Shown: piece after piece, positions 51,066-60,865 of the stretch
How the letters are laid out: every line of letters starts with the position of its first letter
Position numbering within the stretch: the stretch's first letter is position 1
Assembly (NCBI GenBank): GCA_964572265.1
Contig: CAZNEQ010000001.1
Coordinates: 6,664-70,663, forward strand
Source: an uncultured Candidatus Planktophila sp.
GTDB taxonomy: Bacteria; Actinomycetota; Actinomycetes; Nanopelagicales; Nanopelagicaceae
DNA length: 64,000 bases
Direction of reading: 5' to 3'
Program-made: the position numbers and the translations under genes
The notes under the pieces: generated by a model
What the model was told of the DNA's origin: nothing
Seen by the model: the letters and a program-made list of their open reading frames with translations, nothing else
Database searches by the model: none

Positions 51066-51656
51066 ATGACATCCACTTTCTTTACTGCCTGGAGCTACGA
51101 AGTTTCTTACCTTGAATTCGTAGCATCGATAGCATCCTTCATCGGAGTTGGACTCGGGATCACTGGCAAGCGAATCACTTGGCCTTGGTGGGGAATCAGT
51201 AGCGCTCTCTATTTAATCCTCTTTATTAATTGGGATCTCTACGCAAGCGCTATTCTGCAAATAGTCTTTATTGCTGCCGCCATTATGGGTTGGTTTGGCT
51301 GGGGTCCAACGGGTGCAAAGCCGGGGCCATTTAAGAACAAATACCGCCTGGCCACGATGGTTGCGATCTTTGTTGCAACCTTTGCCTTCGCTCCTATTTT
51401 GAAAGATATTGGAGCAGCGGCTGCATTTCCAGATGCGCTTCTTCTTTTCGGAAGCATCTCCGCTCAGTTGCTCATGGTTTATGAAAAGTATGACAGCTGG
51501 CCACTCTGGTTAGCAGTCGATCTTGGATATGTGGCTCTCTATGCATCTCAGGGACTTCTCTTCACCACACTTCTCTATGTCGCATTTACTGTCATGGCCG
51601 CCATCGGATGGAAGAGTTGGTATGGAACTCACCGCCGCGCTATTCGATCTCTGTAA
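51066..51656 (+). CDS. PnuC-family vitamin transporter (PnuT-like)
   Basis: LE..A, WPWWG, LYASAILQ, MGWFGW, DA....SISAQLLM, SWPLWLAVD (WxxWxxxD). Confidence 0.88.
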   Translation: MTSTFFTAWSYEVSYLEFVASIASFIGVGLGITGKRITWPWWGISSALYLILFINWDLYASAILQIVFIAAAIMGWFGWGPTGAKPGPFKNKYRLATMVAIFVATFAFAPILKDIGAAAAFPDALLLFGSISAQLLMVYEKYDSWPLWLAVDLGYVALYASQGLLFTTLLYVAFTVMAAIGWKSWYGTHRRAIRSL

Positions 51657-52161
51657 ATCTGATCGATACCCCATCATCGCGATAGATGGTCCGGCCGGGG
51701 CGGGAAAGACCACCCTGGCCGATCATCTCGCTGCTGCGCTCTCTCTCAAATACAAAGTTCAAGTCATTCATATGGATGACCTCTATAACGGCTGGGTCGA
51801 TGCTTTCGATCATCACCTCAGCGATGCACTTATCGCTATAGCGAAGGCGCATGGCAGGCGAGAGAAAATCTCCATCTCTCACTACAACTGGCACGAAGGC
51901 GCGTACTCAGCTGCCGAGGAAATTCCGCAGGCAGATCTCCTTATTTTTGAGGGTGTGGGTTCATCGCAATCTGCAATCCGAGAATCTCTCTCTGCATCTA
52001 TCTGGCTAGAGATTGATAGAGAACAGGGATTAAAGAGAGTGATTGCACGAGATGGTGAAGCGAATTCAGATGAGATGTCTCAATGGCTGCTTTTGCAAGA
52101 GGGGTACTTCACCCGAGAAGATTGTGAAAACTCTGCGGATTTCATTCTCACAACTGGCTAA
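51622..52161 (+). CDS. P-loop nucleoside/nucleotide kinase-like protein (uridine kinase fold)
   Basis: IIAIDGPAGAGKTT, IHMDDLYNGW, LLIFEGVGS, RVIARDG. ATG 51622 overlaps the end of pnuC. Confidence 0.8.
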   Translation: MELTAALFDLCKSDRYPIIAIDGPAGAGKTTLADHLAAALSLKYKVQVIHMDDLYNGWVDAFDHHLSDALIAIAKAHGRREKISISHYNWHEGAYSAAEEIPQADLLIFEGVGSSQSAIRESLSASIWLEIDREQGLKRVIARDGEANSDEMSQWLLLQEGYFTREDCENSADFILTTG

Positions 52162-52200
52162 ATGAGCTCGATAGAGAAGTAATTCAATTAAGATTCCCTC

Positions 52201-54117
52201 GTGTCTGACCTCACCGGCGAAATCATTGATGGGCGATATCAGCTCCTTCGCCAAGTAGCCACCGGCGGGATGGCCAGCATCTATGAAGGTTTTGATACCA
52301 GGCTAGATCGCAAGGTCGCCGTCAAAATCATGCACCCACATCTGGCGCAAGATGAACAATTTGTTGAACGCTTCATTCGAGAGGCAAAAGCTGCCGCCGC
52401 ACTCTCACACCCCAACATCGTCGCAGTCCAAGATCAGGGCTGGAACCAGAGCGGCACTCCTGCTGTCTTTATCGTGATGGAGATGGTGGAAGGCCATACC
52501 TTGCGCGAATATCTCAACGAGCAAGGGCGTTTAACCTACCGCGACGGAATTCGATTCTTGCTTCCTGTATTGAGCGCGCTTGCTGCAGCGCATAAACAAG
52601 GAATTGTCCATCGAGATATCAAACCTGAAAATATCTTGGTCTCCAAAGAGGGTCGCATCAAAATTGCAGATTTCGGCTTAGCCAAGGGGCCACTTCTCGG
52701 TACAACGATGACTGCTGAATCCAGTGTCATCCTTGGCAGCGTCTCGTATCTCTCCCCCGAACAAGTCCAACGAGGAGTCGCGGATTCACGTTCGGATGTT
52801 TATGCAGTAGGAATTACCGCCTTTGAAATTTTCACCGGAAAGAAACCTTTCGAAGGTGCAGAACCGATTCAAGTAGCCTATATGCATGTAAATCAACGAG
52901 TGCCGCGCATTAGTTCAATTCACTCTGACATTCCGGCAGATCTTGATGAACTTATTTACCGTGCCACTGCAGGAGACGCCGATGAGCGCCCACGTGATGC
53001 GGCTGAATTCCACTCGCAACTTCTCGCAATCAACGCTCGGCTCAATCCCAAAGAAAACCAACTTAGTCTCGAGCTTGATATTCCAATTCAACCGATGCGC
53101 CCGGAAAAGAAGAAATCTTTGCGACGACGAGTGAAGGAGTTAACTTCTCCCGTTCCAAAAATTGAAGCAGAGAAGAGCGTCCCAGTAGTTAAGGAAACGA
53201 CCTCCCAAATAGCTAAACGCAAGAAGGCCAGCAAGCGAGTTCGCCGTAATCGCAAAATCGCAGTTGGATTAGCCGTTGCCCTCGGAATAACAGGCTGGTA
53301 CACCTTGATTGGCCCGGGTTCACGCGTTGTCGTTCCTTCGACGGTAGGCGCTACCGAAGCCGAGTTAACTGCAGCACTTTCACCACTCGGCCTCACATCA
53401 TTGATTGTCGAACGACGATACAGCGAAGATATTGAGGCAGATCGGGTGATTGAATCCATCCCGGCAGGCGGTGGCAAATTGGATCCAGGTGGAACAGTGA
53501 AAATTGTTCTCTCTAAAGGACCGGAACGTTATGCAGTGCCGATGTTGCAAGGTCTTACTCCGGAAGCTGCTATCAATCTCCTCAAAAAATCACCGCTTCG
53601 AGTAGCTCCAATCATCGAAGTCTTTGATGCAACGGTGCCAAAGGGATACGTCATCTCTGCAAAACCAGCAGTAGGCACCAAAGTAAAGCGAAACACAACT
53701 ATCACTTTGACTGTCTCAAAAGGAATTGAACAAGTTGCTCTCGCATCATATATTGGCAAGAGCGGAGAGCAAGCGCTCAATGAATTAACAGAAGCAGGAT
53801 TTAAAGTTACCTCGACATATGCATTTAATGAGACCAGACTTGCCGGTGAAGTTGTTTCACAAACTCCTGCCGGTGGAGGAACTGCGAACAAAGGCGGAGC
53901 TGTTTCCTTGGTGATTTCTAAGGGAACTCAGTACGCATATATTCCTAATCTCTACTCCATTGAAGAGGCGAAGGCAGTTAGGACCTTGCAAGACCTTGGC
54001 CTTAAGGTCACAGTCAAGAAGATTGGCAAGAAGACCGTCAAGAAGGTCACAAATATCGTGCCTAAGGTCGGTACCAAGGTAAAGCGTGGCGCGGCGGTAA
54101 CCATCACAGTAGGGTAA
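52201..54117 (+). CDS. Stk1/PknL-like Ser/Thr kinase with PASTA repeats
   Basis: GGMASIY, VAVKIM, HRDIKPEN, DFGLA, YLSPEQ, TM, four PASTA-like repeats; GTG 6 nt after TAAGAT. Confidence 0.93.
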   Translation: MSDLTGEIIDGRYQLLRQVATGGMASIYEGFDTRLDRKVAVKIMHPHLAQDEQFVERFIREAKAAAALSHPNIVAVQDQGWNQSGTPAVFIVMEMVEGHTLREYLNEQGRLTYRDGIRFLLPVLSALAAAHKQGIVHRDIKPENILVSKEGRIKIADFGLAKGPLLGTTMTAESSVILGSVSYLSPEQVQRGVADSRSDVYAVGITAFEIFTGKKPFEGAEPIQVAYMHVNQRVPRISSIHSDIPADLDELIYRATAGDADERPRDAAEFHSQLLAINARLNPKENQLSLELDIPIQPMRPEKKKSLRRRVKELTSPVPKIEAEKSVPVVKETTSQIAKRKKASKRVRRNRKIAVGLAVALGITGWYTLIGPGSRVVVPSTVGATEAELTAALSPLGLTSLIVERRYSEDIEADRVIESIPAGGGKLDPGGTVKIVLSKGPERYAVPMLQGLTPEAAINLLKKSPLRVAPIIEVFDATVPKGYVISAKPAVGTKVKRNTTITLTVSKGIEQVALASYIGKSGEQALNELTEAGFKVTSTYAFNETRLAGEVVSQTPAGGGTANKGGAVSLVISKGTQYAYIPNLYSIEEAKAVRTLQDLGLKVTVKKIGKKTVKKVTNIVPKVGTKVKRGAAVTITVG

Positions 54118-54121
54118 GCCA

Positions 54122-54988
54122 GTGCCTACATCGAAGAATTCACGTCCACGTATCGGAGCCCACACCCCTACTTCAGGAGGAATGGCGAAGCGATCTATCG
54201 CCTATGCAGAGCTAACTGGCGCTGAAGCTATTCAAGTTTTCACCTCCAACCCTCGCGGGTGGGCAATGCCTGAGACTAATCAAGAAGCGGATGCGCTATT
54301 TCGCGAGAAAGCTGTTGCACTAGATCTTGAAGTTTATGTACACGCACCATTTCTCATCAACCTTGGCTCACCTACCGAAGATACATACAAGAACTCACTC
54401 GCATCGACGGCTTTTTCTCTCAACCGCGGAGAGGAGATTGGAGCTCTTGGTGTCGTAGTACACACTGGTTCTGCAGTGAAAGAGGAGTTTGTTGATCAAG
54501 CATGGAAGCAGATCAATAAAGGCATGATGCCCATTCTCGAAAAGCTCGGAGATGATGCACCGATGCTCCTACTTGAACCAACAGCGGGCCAAGGCCAATC
54601 ACTGGTAAAGCGGTTGGAAGATTTAGAGAAATACTTGAAAGCGCTCGAATACCACCCAAAGGTCGGTATCTGTCTTGACACCTGTCATGTCTTCGCCGCA
54701 GGTCATGACATCGCAAAGAAGGGTGGCATGAAAGAGACGCTTGATCTCCTAGTCGAGGTCGCAGGCATCGAGCGTATTCAATTGATTCACGCCAACGATT
54801 CAATGGATGTGTGTGGCGCGCTCAAGGACCGCCATCAGAATATTGGTAAAGGATTTATTGGAGAGGACCCATTTAAGGAACTTCTTAAGCATCCTGCTGT
54901 TGTCAATGCTCCGCTTATTCTCGAAACTCCAGGAATGGAGCCAGAACACGGCGAAGAGATTGCACTTCTCAAGAAGTTACGCGGCTAG
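54122..54988 (+). CDS. nfo: Endonuclease IV (AP endonuclease)
   Basis: IGAH, QVFTSNPRGW, HAPFLINL, LEPTAGQG, CLDTCH, HANDS, DRHQNIG.G, ILETP. Confidence 0.93.
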   Translation: MPTSKNSRPRIGAHTPTSGGMAKRSIAYAELTGAEAIQVFTSNPRGWAMPETNQEADALFREKAVALDLEVYVHAPFLINLGSPTEDTYKNSLASTAFSLNRGEEIGALGVVVHTGSAVKEEFVDQAWKQINKGMMPILEKLGDDAPMLLLEPTAGQGQSLVKRLEDLEKYLKALEYHPKVGICLDTCHVFAAGHDIAKKGGMKETLDLLVEVAGIERIQLIHANDSMDVCGALKDRHQNIGKGFIGEDPFKELLKHPAVVNAPLILETPGMEPEHGEEIALLKKLRG

Positions 54989-54991
54989 AAG

Positions 54992-55882
54992 ATGCAGCAT
55001 CACCGTCGTGTTGCTTTAGCGCCGTGGGCTCTCCTTGCAGTAGCCGCTGTTTGGGGTTTGGCTTTTGTGGTCATGAAAGATCCGATTGCAAAACAGAATG
55101 TAAACAGCTTTCTCTTTACCCGATTTAGCGTTGCCGTTCTTGCCATGATTGCACTTAAACCATCAGTGCTCAAGTTGATTACCCCCGAAATCTTACGCAA
55201 GGGATTTATCGCCGGTCTCATTCTTGGAACTGGATACATCTTTCAGACTCTAGGACTTGCTGAAGCAGGGGCTGCAGTCACCGGATTCATCACAGGTCTC
55301 TATGTCGTCGCAACTCCACTCATTGCTTGGATTGTTCTGCGTCAAAAAATTGACCTCTACACCTGGGGTTGCGTTGCTATCGCCACCATTGGCTTGGCGT
55401 TGTTATCTCTGCGCGGATGGTCGGTCGGATATGGTGAGGCGCTCGTACTTGTAAGTGCGATTGCCTTCGGTGCGCATATTGTCACATTAGGTCGCTGGAG
55501 TAACGGACTCGATAGCTATGCCATGACGGTTGTGCAGTTAACTGGCTGCGCCGTCCTCACTGGCGTACTTGCATTTGTTGAAGGGTACGAACTCCCTGCT
55601 GGGCGTTCAGGATGGCCAGTCGTGATTTTCACCGCCGTCTTTGCCACGGCTATCGCATTTGTGGTGCAAACCTGGTCACAGGCTCACATATCGTCCACCA
55701 AGGTCGCAGTGATCCTGACGATGGAAGTTGTCTTTGCTGCACTCTTTGCAGTCCTCTTCGGTGGCGAGACAATTAGCGCTCAAGCACTTCTTGGCGGCAC
55801 GTTGGTATTGGCGGCGATGTTTGCAATTGTGAAACAGAGAACAAATACAGCAGTGGAAGTAGAGGCTAACCGTGGCAATTGA
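54992..55882 (+). CDS. DMT/EamA family transporter
   Basis: WGLAFVVMK, FQTLGL, FITGLYVVATP, VILTMEVVFA; about 10 TMs. Confidence 0.9.
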   Translation: MQHHRRVALAPWALLAVAAVWGLAFVVMKDPIAKQNVNSFLFTRFSVAVLAMIALKPSVLKLITPEILRKGFIAGLILGTGYIFQTLGLAEAGAAVTGFITGLYVVATPLIAWIVLRQKIDLYTWGCVAIATIGLALLSLRGWSVGYGEALVLVSAIAFGAHIVTLGRWSNGLDSYAMTVVQLTGCAVLTGVLAFVEGYELPAGRSGWPVVIFTAVFATAIAFVVQTWSQAHISSTKVAVILTMEVVFAALFAVLFGGETISAQALLGGTLVLAAMFAIVKQRTNTAVEVEANRGN

Positions 55883-56903
55883 TCTCCGCTCCGATACCGT
55901 CACCGCTCCATCACAAGGCATGCGTGATGCAATTGCATCTGCCGCTGTCGGTGACGACGTTTACGGTGACGATCCCACCGTTAATTCTTTAGAGGCGCGC
56001 GTTGCACAGATGTTTGGAAAAGAAGCCGGACTCTTCTCCCCTACTGGTTCACTCGCTAATCAACTCCTCATTCGCACACTTGTAAAGCCAGGCGAGGAAC
56101 TTCTGACAGAAGAGCGTGCTCACATTGTGCGTGCCGAACTCGGTGCTGGTGCAGCTTTTAGCGGAATAACTACTCGTACATGGAAATCAGAGCGTGGTCT
56201 GCTCCACGCTGACACTCCCCTAGCTCTCGCTCATGAGAACGCAGGTCCATACCTCGTATCGACCACTGCAATAGCTGTTGAGAACACTCATAACTTTGGT
56301 GGTGGCACCGTTCAACCAATTTCAGAAATTGAAAAGTTGAGCGTGGGTGCACGCGCGCGCGGAATCTCAATGCACCTTGATGGAGCACGAATTTGGAATG
56401 CACATGTTGCAACAGGTACACCTTTTGCAGAGTTTGGAAAGCACTTCGACACCATCAGCGTCTGTCTCTCTAAGGGACTTGGCACACCAGTCGGTTCTAT
56501 TGCGCTCGGAAGCAAGGAAACTATTGCCGAGGCTCGTATTTGGCGCAAGCGATATGGCGGCGGAATGCGACAGATTGGTCTCTTGGCTGCTGCGGGTCAT
56601 TACGCACTCGATCACAATATTGATCGACTCGCTGAAGATCATGAACGTGCAAAGAAAATGGCAGTTGCTCTGGCCGCTTATGATGCAACGCTCATCGATC
56701 CGGCAACGGTTGATACCAACATTGTTGGACTCGATCTATCACAAGCTGGCATCACCGCAGCAGACTTTGCTGCTCGATGCAAGGAGAACGGTCTCTGGAT
56801 CAGCGCGTTAGGCAAGACTTATGCGCGTCTTGTGACTCATCTAGATTTCGATGACGCCCAATGTGATGAAGCGATTGCAATCATGACTAAGGTTTTGAAT
56901 TAG
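55872..56903 (+). CDS. ltaE: Low-specificity L-threonine aldolase
   Basis: IDLRSDTVT, VGDDVYGDDPTV, ENTHN, HLDGARIWNA, CLSKGLG, GGGMRQ. Confidence 0.93.
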   Translation: MAIDLRSDTVTAPSQGMRDAIASAAVGDDVYGDDPTVNSLEARVAQMFGKEAGLFSPTGSLANQLLIRTLVKPGEELLTEERAHIVRAELGAGAAFSGITTRTWKSERGLLHADTPLALAHENAGPYLVSTTAIAVENTHNFGGGTVQPISEIEKLSVGARARGISMHLDGARIWNAHVATGTPFAEFGKHFDTISVCLSKGLGTPVGSIALGSKETIAEARIWRKRYGGGMRQIGLLAAAGHYALDHNIDRLAEDHERAKKMAVALAAYDATLIDPATVDTNIVGLDLSQAGITAADFAARCKENGLWISALGKTYARLVTHLDFDDAQCDEAIAIMTKVLN

Positions 56904-57400
56904 TCGATTGCACCTTCATGGCGCAAGAGCCAAATTTTCTTATCAACACCTGGACCATAATTTCCAATCGCTCCCCCAGTCTTTACAACTCGGTGGCAAG
57001 GTACGACTAAAATAATCTTGTTCTTCGCGCAGGCGCTACCCGCCGCTCTCACAGCAGCTGGGTTGCCAGCATTCAGTGCTAAATCTGCATACGAATCAAC
57101 TGTGCCGGCTATTATCTTGCGCATAGAGCTCCAAGCCGCCTGAGAAAATTCCCCACCCGGTTGCTTGACCTTTATTGAATTGATTGATCGCAGATTGCCA
57201 TCAAAGTAATCTAATAATTTATCGCTTAAGTTCTGGATTTTCTTCACTTGCGTGATTTTCTCCTCCAACTCTTGCGGAGAAAGGCTTGTAACCAGGTCAT
57301 GAAAACCAGAGAGGTTGAGGCCAAGAATTGTCTCGCCGCGAGCAAGGAGGAATAACTTTCCAATCGGAGATGAAATCGTGGTTGATTGGAGCGAACTCAT
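56900..57400 (-). CDS. ogt: Methylated-DNA--protein-cysteine S-methyltransferase
   Basis: SYADLA..AGNPAAVRAAGSAC..N, VPCHRVV, LLRHEG; start ATG 57400. Confidence 0.92.
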   Translation of the reverse strand: MSSLQSTTISSPIGKLFLLARGETILGLNLSGFHDLVTSLSPQELEEKITQVKKIQNLSDKLLDYFDGNLRSINSIKVKQPGGEFSQAAWSSMRKIIAGTVDSYADLALNAGNPAAVRAAGSACAKNKIILVVPCHRVVKTGGAIGNYGPGVDKKIWLLRHEGAID

Positions 57401-57410
57401 GGAATTTCCT

Positions 57411-58754
57411 TTAGCGGTTACGGAGCATCTCTGCGACGAGGAATGCCAATTCAAGTGACTGTGAATGGTTCAGGCGTGGGTCGCATGCAGTCTCGTAACG
57501 TGACTCAAGATCCTTTTCGGAGATCTGGTTTCCGCCACCAAGACACTCAGTGACATCATCACCGGTGAGCTCAATGTGGATTCCACCTGGATGAGTTCCG
57601 AGCTTCTTGTGGACCTCAAAGAAGCCGCGCACTTCATCAAGTACATCCTCAAATTGACGAGTTTTATAGCCATTTGAGGTCTCAAAAGTATTGCCGTGCA
57701 TTGGATCGCAGACCCACAGAACCTCTGCCCCACTCTTGGTAACACCTTCAACGAGCGCTGGAAGAATCTCACGAATCTTTGATGCACCCATGCGGGTAAT
57801 GAATGTGAGACGACCTGGCTCGCGGTTGGGATCGAGCTTGTCGATCAGCGCGAGTGCATCCACAACGGTGGTCTTTGGACCAAGCTTTACGCCGATTGGA
57901 TTGCGAACTTTTGATGCGAAATCAATATGTGCGCCATCCATCTGACGTGTACGTTCGCCGATCCAGATGAAGTGACCAGAAACATCGTATGGAAGATCAG
58001 TGCGTGAATCGATGCGAGTTAACGCCTTCTCGTATTCAATAATCAATGCTTCGTGGCTGGCGTAGAAATCAACCGCCTTGAATTCATCTGGATCCACACC
58101 TGCTGACTCCATAAATGAGAGTGCACGACCGATTTCATTAGCAACCTGCTCGTACTTTGCACCGAAAGTTGAATCCGCAATAAATCCCTTGTTCCACTCG
58201 TGAACACGACGTAAGTCTGCGAAACCACCTTGGGTAAATGCTCGAACCAAGTTGAGCGTTGCAGCTGATGTGTTGTAGACCTTTACCAAACGCTGCGGAT
58301 CTGGTGTACGAGCCTCTTCTGTAAATTCAAGACCGTTAACTGCATCTCCGCGGTAGGCCGGAAGAGTGACTCCATTGCGAGTCTCAGTGTCATTTGAACG
58401 TGGCTTTGCAAACTGACCTGCCATGCGCCCGACTTTGATTACCGGCAATGAAGATTGATATTGCAGCACTGCTGCCATCTGCAGAATTGTTTTGATGCGA
58501 TTGCGGATGGAATCCGCAGTTGCTGAACCAAAAGTTTCAGCGCAATCCCCACCTTGTAACCAGAAAGCTTTACCGGCTGCAGCATCTGCGATACGAGCCT
58601 TGAGCTGATCACACTCACCTGCAAAGACCAGCGGTGGCAGAGCCTTAAGCTCTGCAACCGCCTTAGCTAAAGGTTCACCAGTAGGTCCGCCTGGCCAGTT
58701 GGGTTGTTGCGCGGCAACAGCCTTTTCGTCGAAGAGCGAATCTAGTGATGTCAT
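57411..58754 (-). CDS. Class II 3-deoxy-7-phosphoheptulonate (DAHP) synthase
   Basis: LQGGDCAETF, RMAGQFAKPRS, YRGD, WIGERTR, CDPMHGNT, CDPRLN. Confidence 0.96.
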   Translation of the reverse strand: MTSLDSLFDEKAVAAQQPNWPGGPTGEPLAKAVAELKALPPLVFAGECDQLKARIADAAAGKAFWLQGGDCAETFGSATADSIRNRIKTILQMAAVLQYQSSLPVIKVGRMAGQFAKPRSNDTETRNGVTLPAYRGDAVNGLEFTEEARTPDPQRLVKVYNTSAATLNLVRAFTQGGFADLRRVHEWNKGFIADSTFGAKYEQVANEIGRALSFMESAGVDPDEFKAVDFYASHEALIIEYEKALTRIDSRTDLPYDVSGHFIWIGERTRQMDGAHIDFASKVRNPIGVKLGPKTTVVDALALIDKLDPNREPGRLTFITRMGASKIREILPALVEGVTKSGAEVLWVCDPMHGNTFETSNGYKTRQFEDVLDEVRGFFEVHKKLGTHPGGIHIELTGDDVTECLGGGNQISEKDLESRYETACDPRLNHSQSLELAFLVAEMLRNR

Positions 58755-58812
58755 GTCTTTAGCCTAAAGTCTCGAAGGGAATTGGTGCTCGGTAATTAAT
58801 TCTCAGGAGCTT

Positions 58813-59844
58813 CTAGCCGAAGAACGAGAAGATTTCCTCGTAGCGAGCCACAGGAACTGTCTTCAAGACATCAGTTGCTGATGCCAATGGAACGTGGACG
58901 ATATCTGTTCCGTGAAGGGCCATCATTGTTCCCCAGTCACCTTGGTGAGCTGCAGTGATTGCCTCAAGGCCAAAGCGTGATGAGAGAACGCGGTCGAATG
59001 CAGTTGGTGTTCCGCCGCGCTGAATGTGACCGAGCACTGTGCAACGAGTCTCATAACCTGTCTTCGCTTCAATCTCCTTAGCGAGCCAGTCGCCAATTCC
59101 TGAAAGTTTGACGTGACCAAATGCATCGAGCTCTTGATCTTTCACGATCATGTCACCATCTTGTGGAATCGCACCTTCGGCAATAACGATAATCGGAGCT
59201 GTACCAGTTGCAAAACGTGACTTCACGTATTCGCAAACCTTATCTACTGAGAACTTGACTTCTGGAACCAAGATACACGCCGCATCGCCAGCAATGCCTG
59301 AGTGCAACGCAATCCAACCTGCGTGACGACCCATCACCTCAACGATCAATGGGCGATGGTGTGATTCTGCTGTTGTGTGAAGGCGGTCGATCGCCTCCAT
59401 CGCAATATTGACTGATGTATCGAAGCCAAATGTGAAATCTGTGTTGTTGAGGTCGTTATCGATTGTCTTTGGAACACCGATGACCTTGACGCCGAGCGCG
59501 TGGAGCTTGGTAGCAACTCCGAGCGTATCTTCGCCACCGATTGCAATGAGCGCATCTACGCCATGTGCTTCGAGGTTTGCCTTGATCTTCTCGACACCGC
59601 CATCGATCTTAAATGGGTTGGTACGTGAGGAGCCAAGGATGGTTCCGCCCTTTGCCAAGATTGGCTTCACAGTTGCAAGATCCAAAGGCATGGTGAGACC
59701 TTCGAGAGGACCCTTCCAACCATCACGGAAGCCTACGAACTCGTAGCCGTACTCCTTGATTCCCTTTGTTACGACGCCACGGATAACTCCGTTGAGGCCT
59801 GGACAATCTCCGCCACCTGTAAGAACACCAAAACGCATTGTCAT
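58813..59844 (-). CDS. pfkA: 6-phosphofructokinase (probably PPi-dependent)
   Basis: TGGGDCPGLN, GGTILGSSR, GGEDT, PKTIDND, VEVMGRHAG, LGHIQRGG. Confidence 0.92.
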   Translation of the reverse strand: MTMRFGVLTGGGDCPGLNGVIRGVVTKGIKEYGYEFVGFRDGWKGPLEGLTMPLDLATVKPILAKGGTILGSSRTNPFKIDGGVEKIKANLEAHGVDALIAIGGEDTLGVATKLHALGVKVIGVPKTIDNDLNNTDFTFGFDTSVNIAMEAIDRLHTTAESHHRPLIVEVMGRHAGWIALHSGIAGDAACILVPEVKFSVDKVCEYVKSRFATGTAPIIVIAEGAIPQDGDMIVKDQELDAFGHVKLSGIGDWLAKEIEAKTGYETRCTVLGHIQRGGTPTAFDRVLSSRFGLEAITAAHQGDWGTMMALHGTDIVHVPLASATDVLKTVPVARYEEIFSFFG

Positions 59845-59938
59845 ACTCCAAATGTAAGTGTGATTGGGCTTGAAAATTGAGCCCTAATGTCAACGTTGAC
59901 CTGAGGAAAGTCTACCTTGCCCGTGATTTACTGTCGCC

Positions 59939-60865
59939 ATGCCTCTCGCCCCAGAAATAAAAGCTTTCCTCGAAAAGCAGGCGGCAACAGGAGCCCCCGC
60001 AGTTTGGGAAGCGCCACTATCTGAGATTCGCGCAAATACACAAGGGCGGATGGCCACCTCTGGTCCGGTCGAACCAATCCTAGAAATCGCCAACCGATTT
60101 ATTCCTGGCCCTACTGCTGATCTACCGATTCGAATCTATCGCCCCACAATTAATCCGAGCGCTCCGGCGATTGTTCATTTTCACGGTGGTGGATTTGTCC
60201 TCAACTATTTAGATATGTATGACGCATCGATGGCGCGTCTGGCGAATCAAACTGGGTTCACAATTATCGGAGTGCACTATCAGAAAGCTCCAGAGCATCC
60301 CTTTCCTATTCCATTTGATGATTGCTATGCAACCCTGTTGTGGGTCATTGCGAATGCAGATGTACTAAAAATTGATCCGAGAAAAATTGGCGTTGCAGGT
60401 GATAGCGCGGGCGCTGCTCTTGCGAGTGCGGTTGCACTGAAAGCAAGAGATAACGAAATTTCGCTAGCTTTTCAAGCGCTTGTTTATCCCTGCAATGGAA
60501 GAGATTTCACAACTGATTCCTACCTCAACTTAGCTACTGGTTATGGGCTCAGTACCCAAGCGATGAAATGGTTCTGGGAGCAATACCTTCAAGGCGATCA
60601 CCATGATCACAATCCATATGCTGTTCCAATGACTGCAGCGAGTTTCAAGGACCTTGCCCCTGCCATTATTCTGACCGCAGAGTTTGATCCACTATTAAGC
60701 GATGGTGAAAAGTATGCTGAATTACTTCGTCGGGATAATGTCTCAGTTATCTATAAACAATTTGACGGGATGATTCACGGATTCTTTACCAATATGGCTG
60801 TAACTCCGACTGCACAAATCGCAATCGATTATGTAGCGGCTGAGCTAAAGAATATAGTTGGTTAA
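59939..60865 (+). CDS. HSL-family alpha/beta hydrolase (esterase/lipase)
   Basis: HGGGF, APEHPFP, GDSAG, DPL, HGF. Confidence 0.92.
   Translation: MPLAPEIKAFLEKQAATGAPAVWEAPLSEIRANTQGRMATSGPVEPILEIANRFIPGPTADLPIRIYRPTINPSAPAIVHFHGGGFVLNYLDMYDASMARLANQTGFTIIGVHYQKAPEHPFPIPFDDCYATLLWVIANADVLKIDPRKIGVAGDSAGAALASAVALKARDNEISLAFQALVYPCNGRDFTTDSYLNLATGYGLSTQAMKWFWEQYLQGDHHDHNPYAVPMTAASFKDLAPAIILTAEFDPLLSDGEKYAELLRRDNVSVIYKQFDGMIHGFFTNMAVTPTAQIAIDYVAAELKNIVG

Noticed and set aside
54000-54117. AAG-rich repeats at the end of the Ser/Thr kinase
   Set aside because: They encode a Lys-rich final PASTA repeat.
58778-58804. Hairpin between pfk and DAHP synthase
   Set aside because: It relies on several G-U pairs on the non-coding strand and has no U tail, too weak to call.
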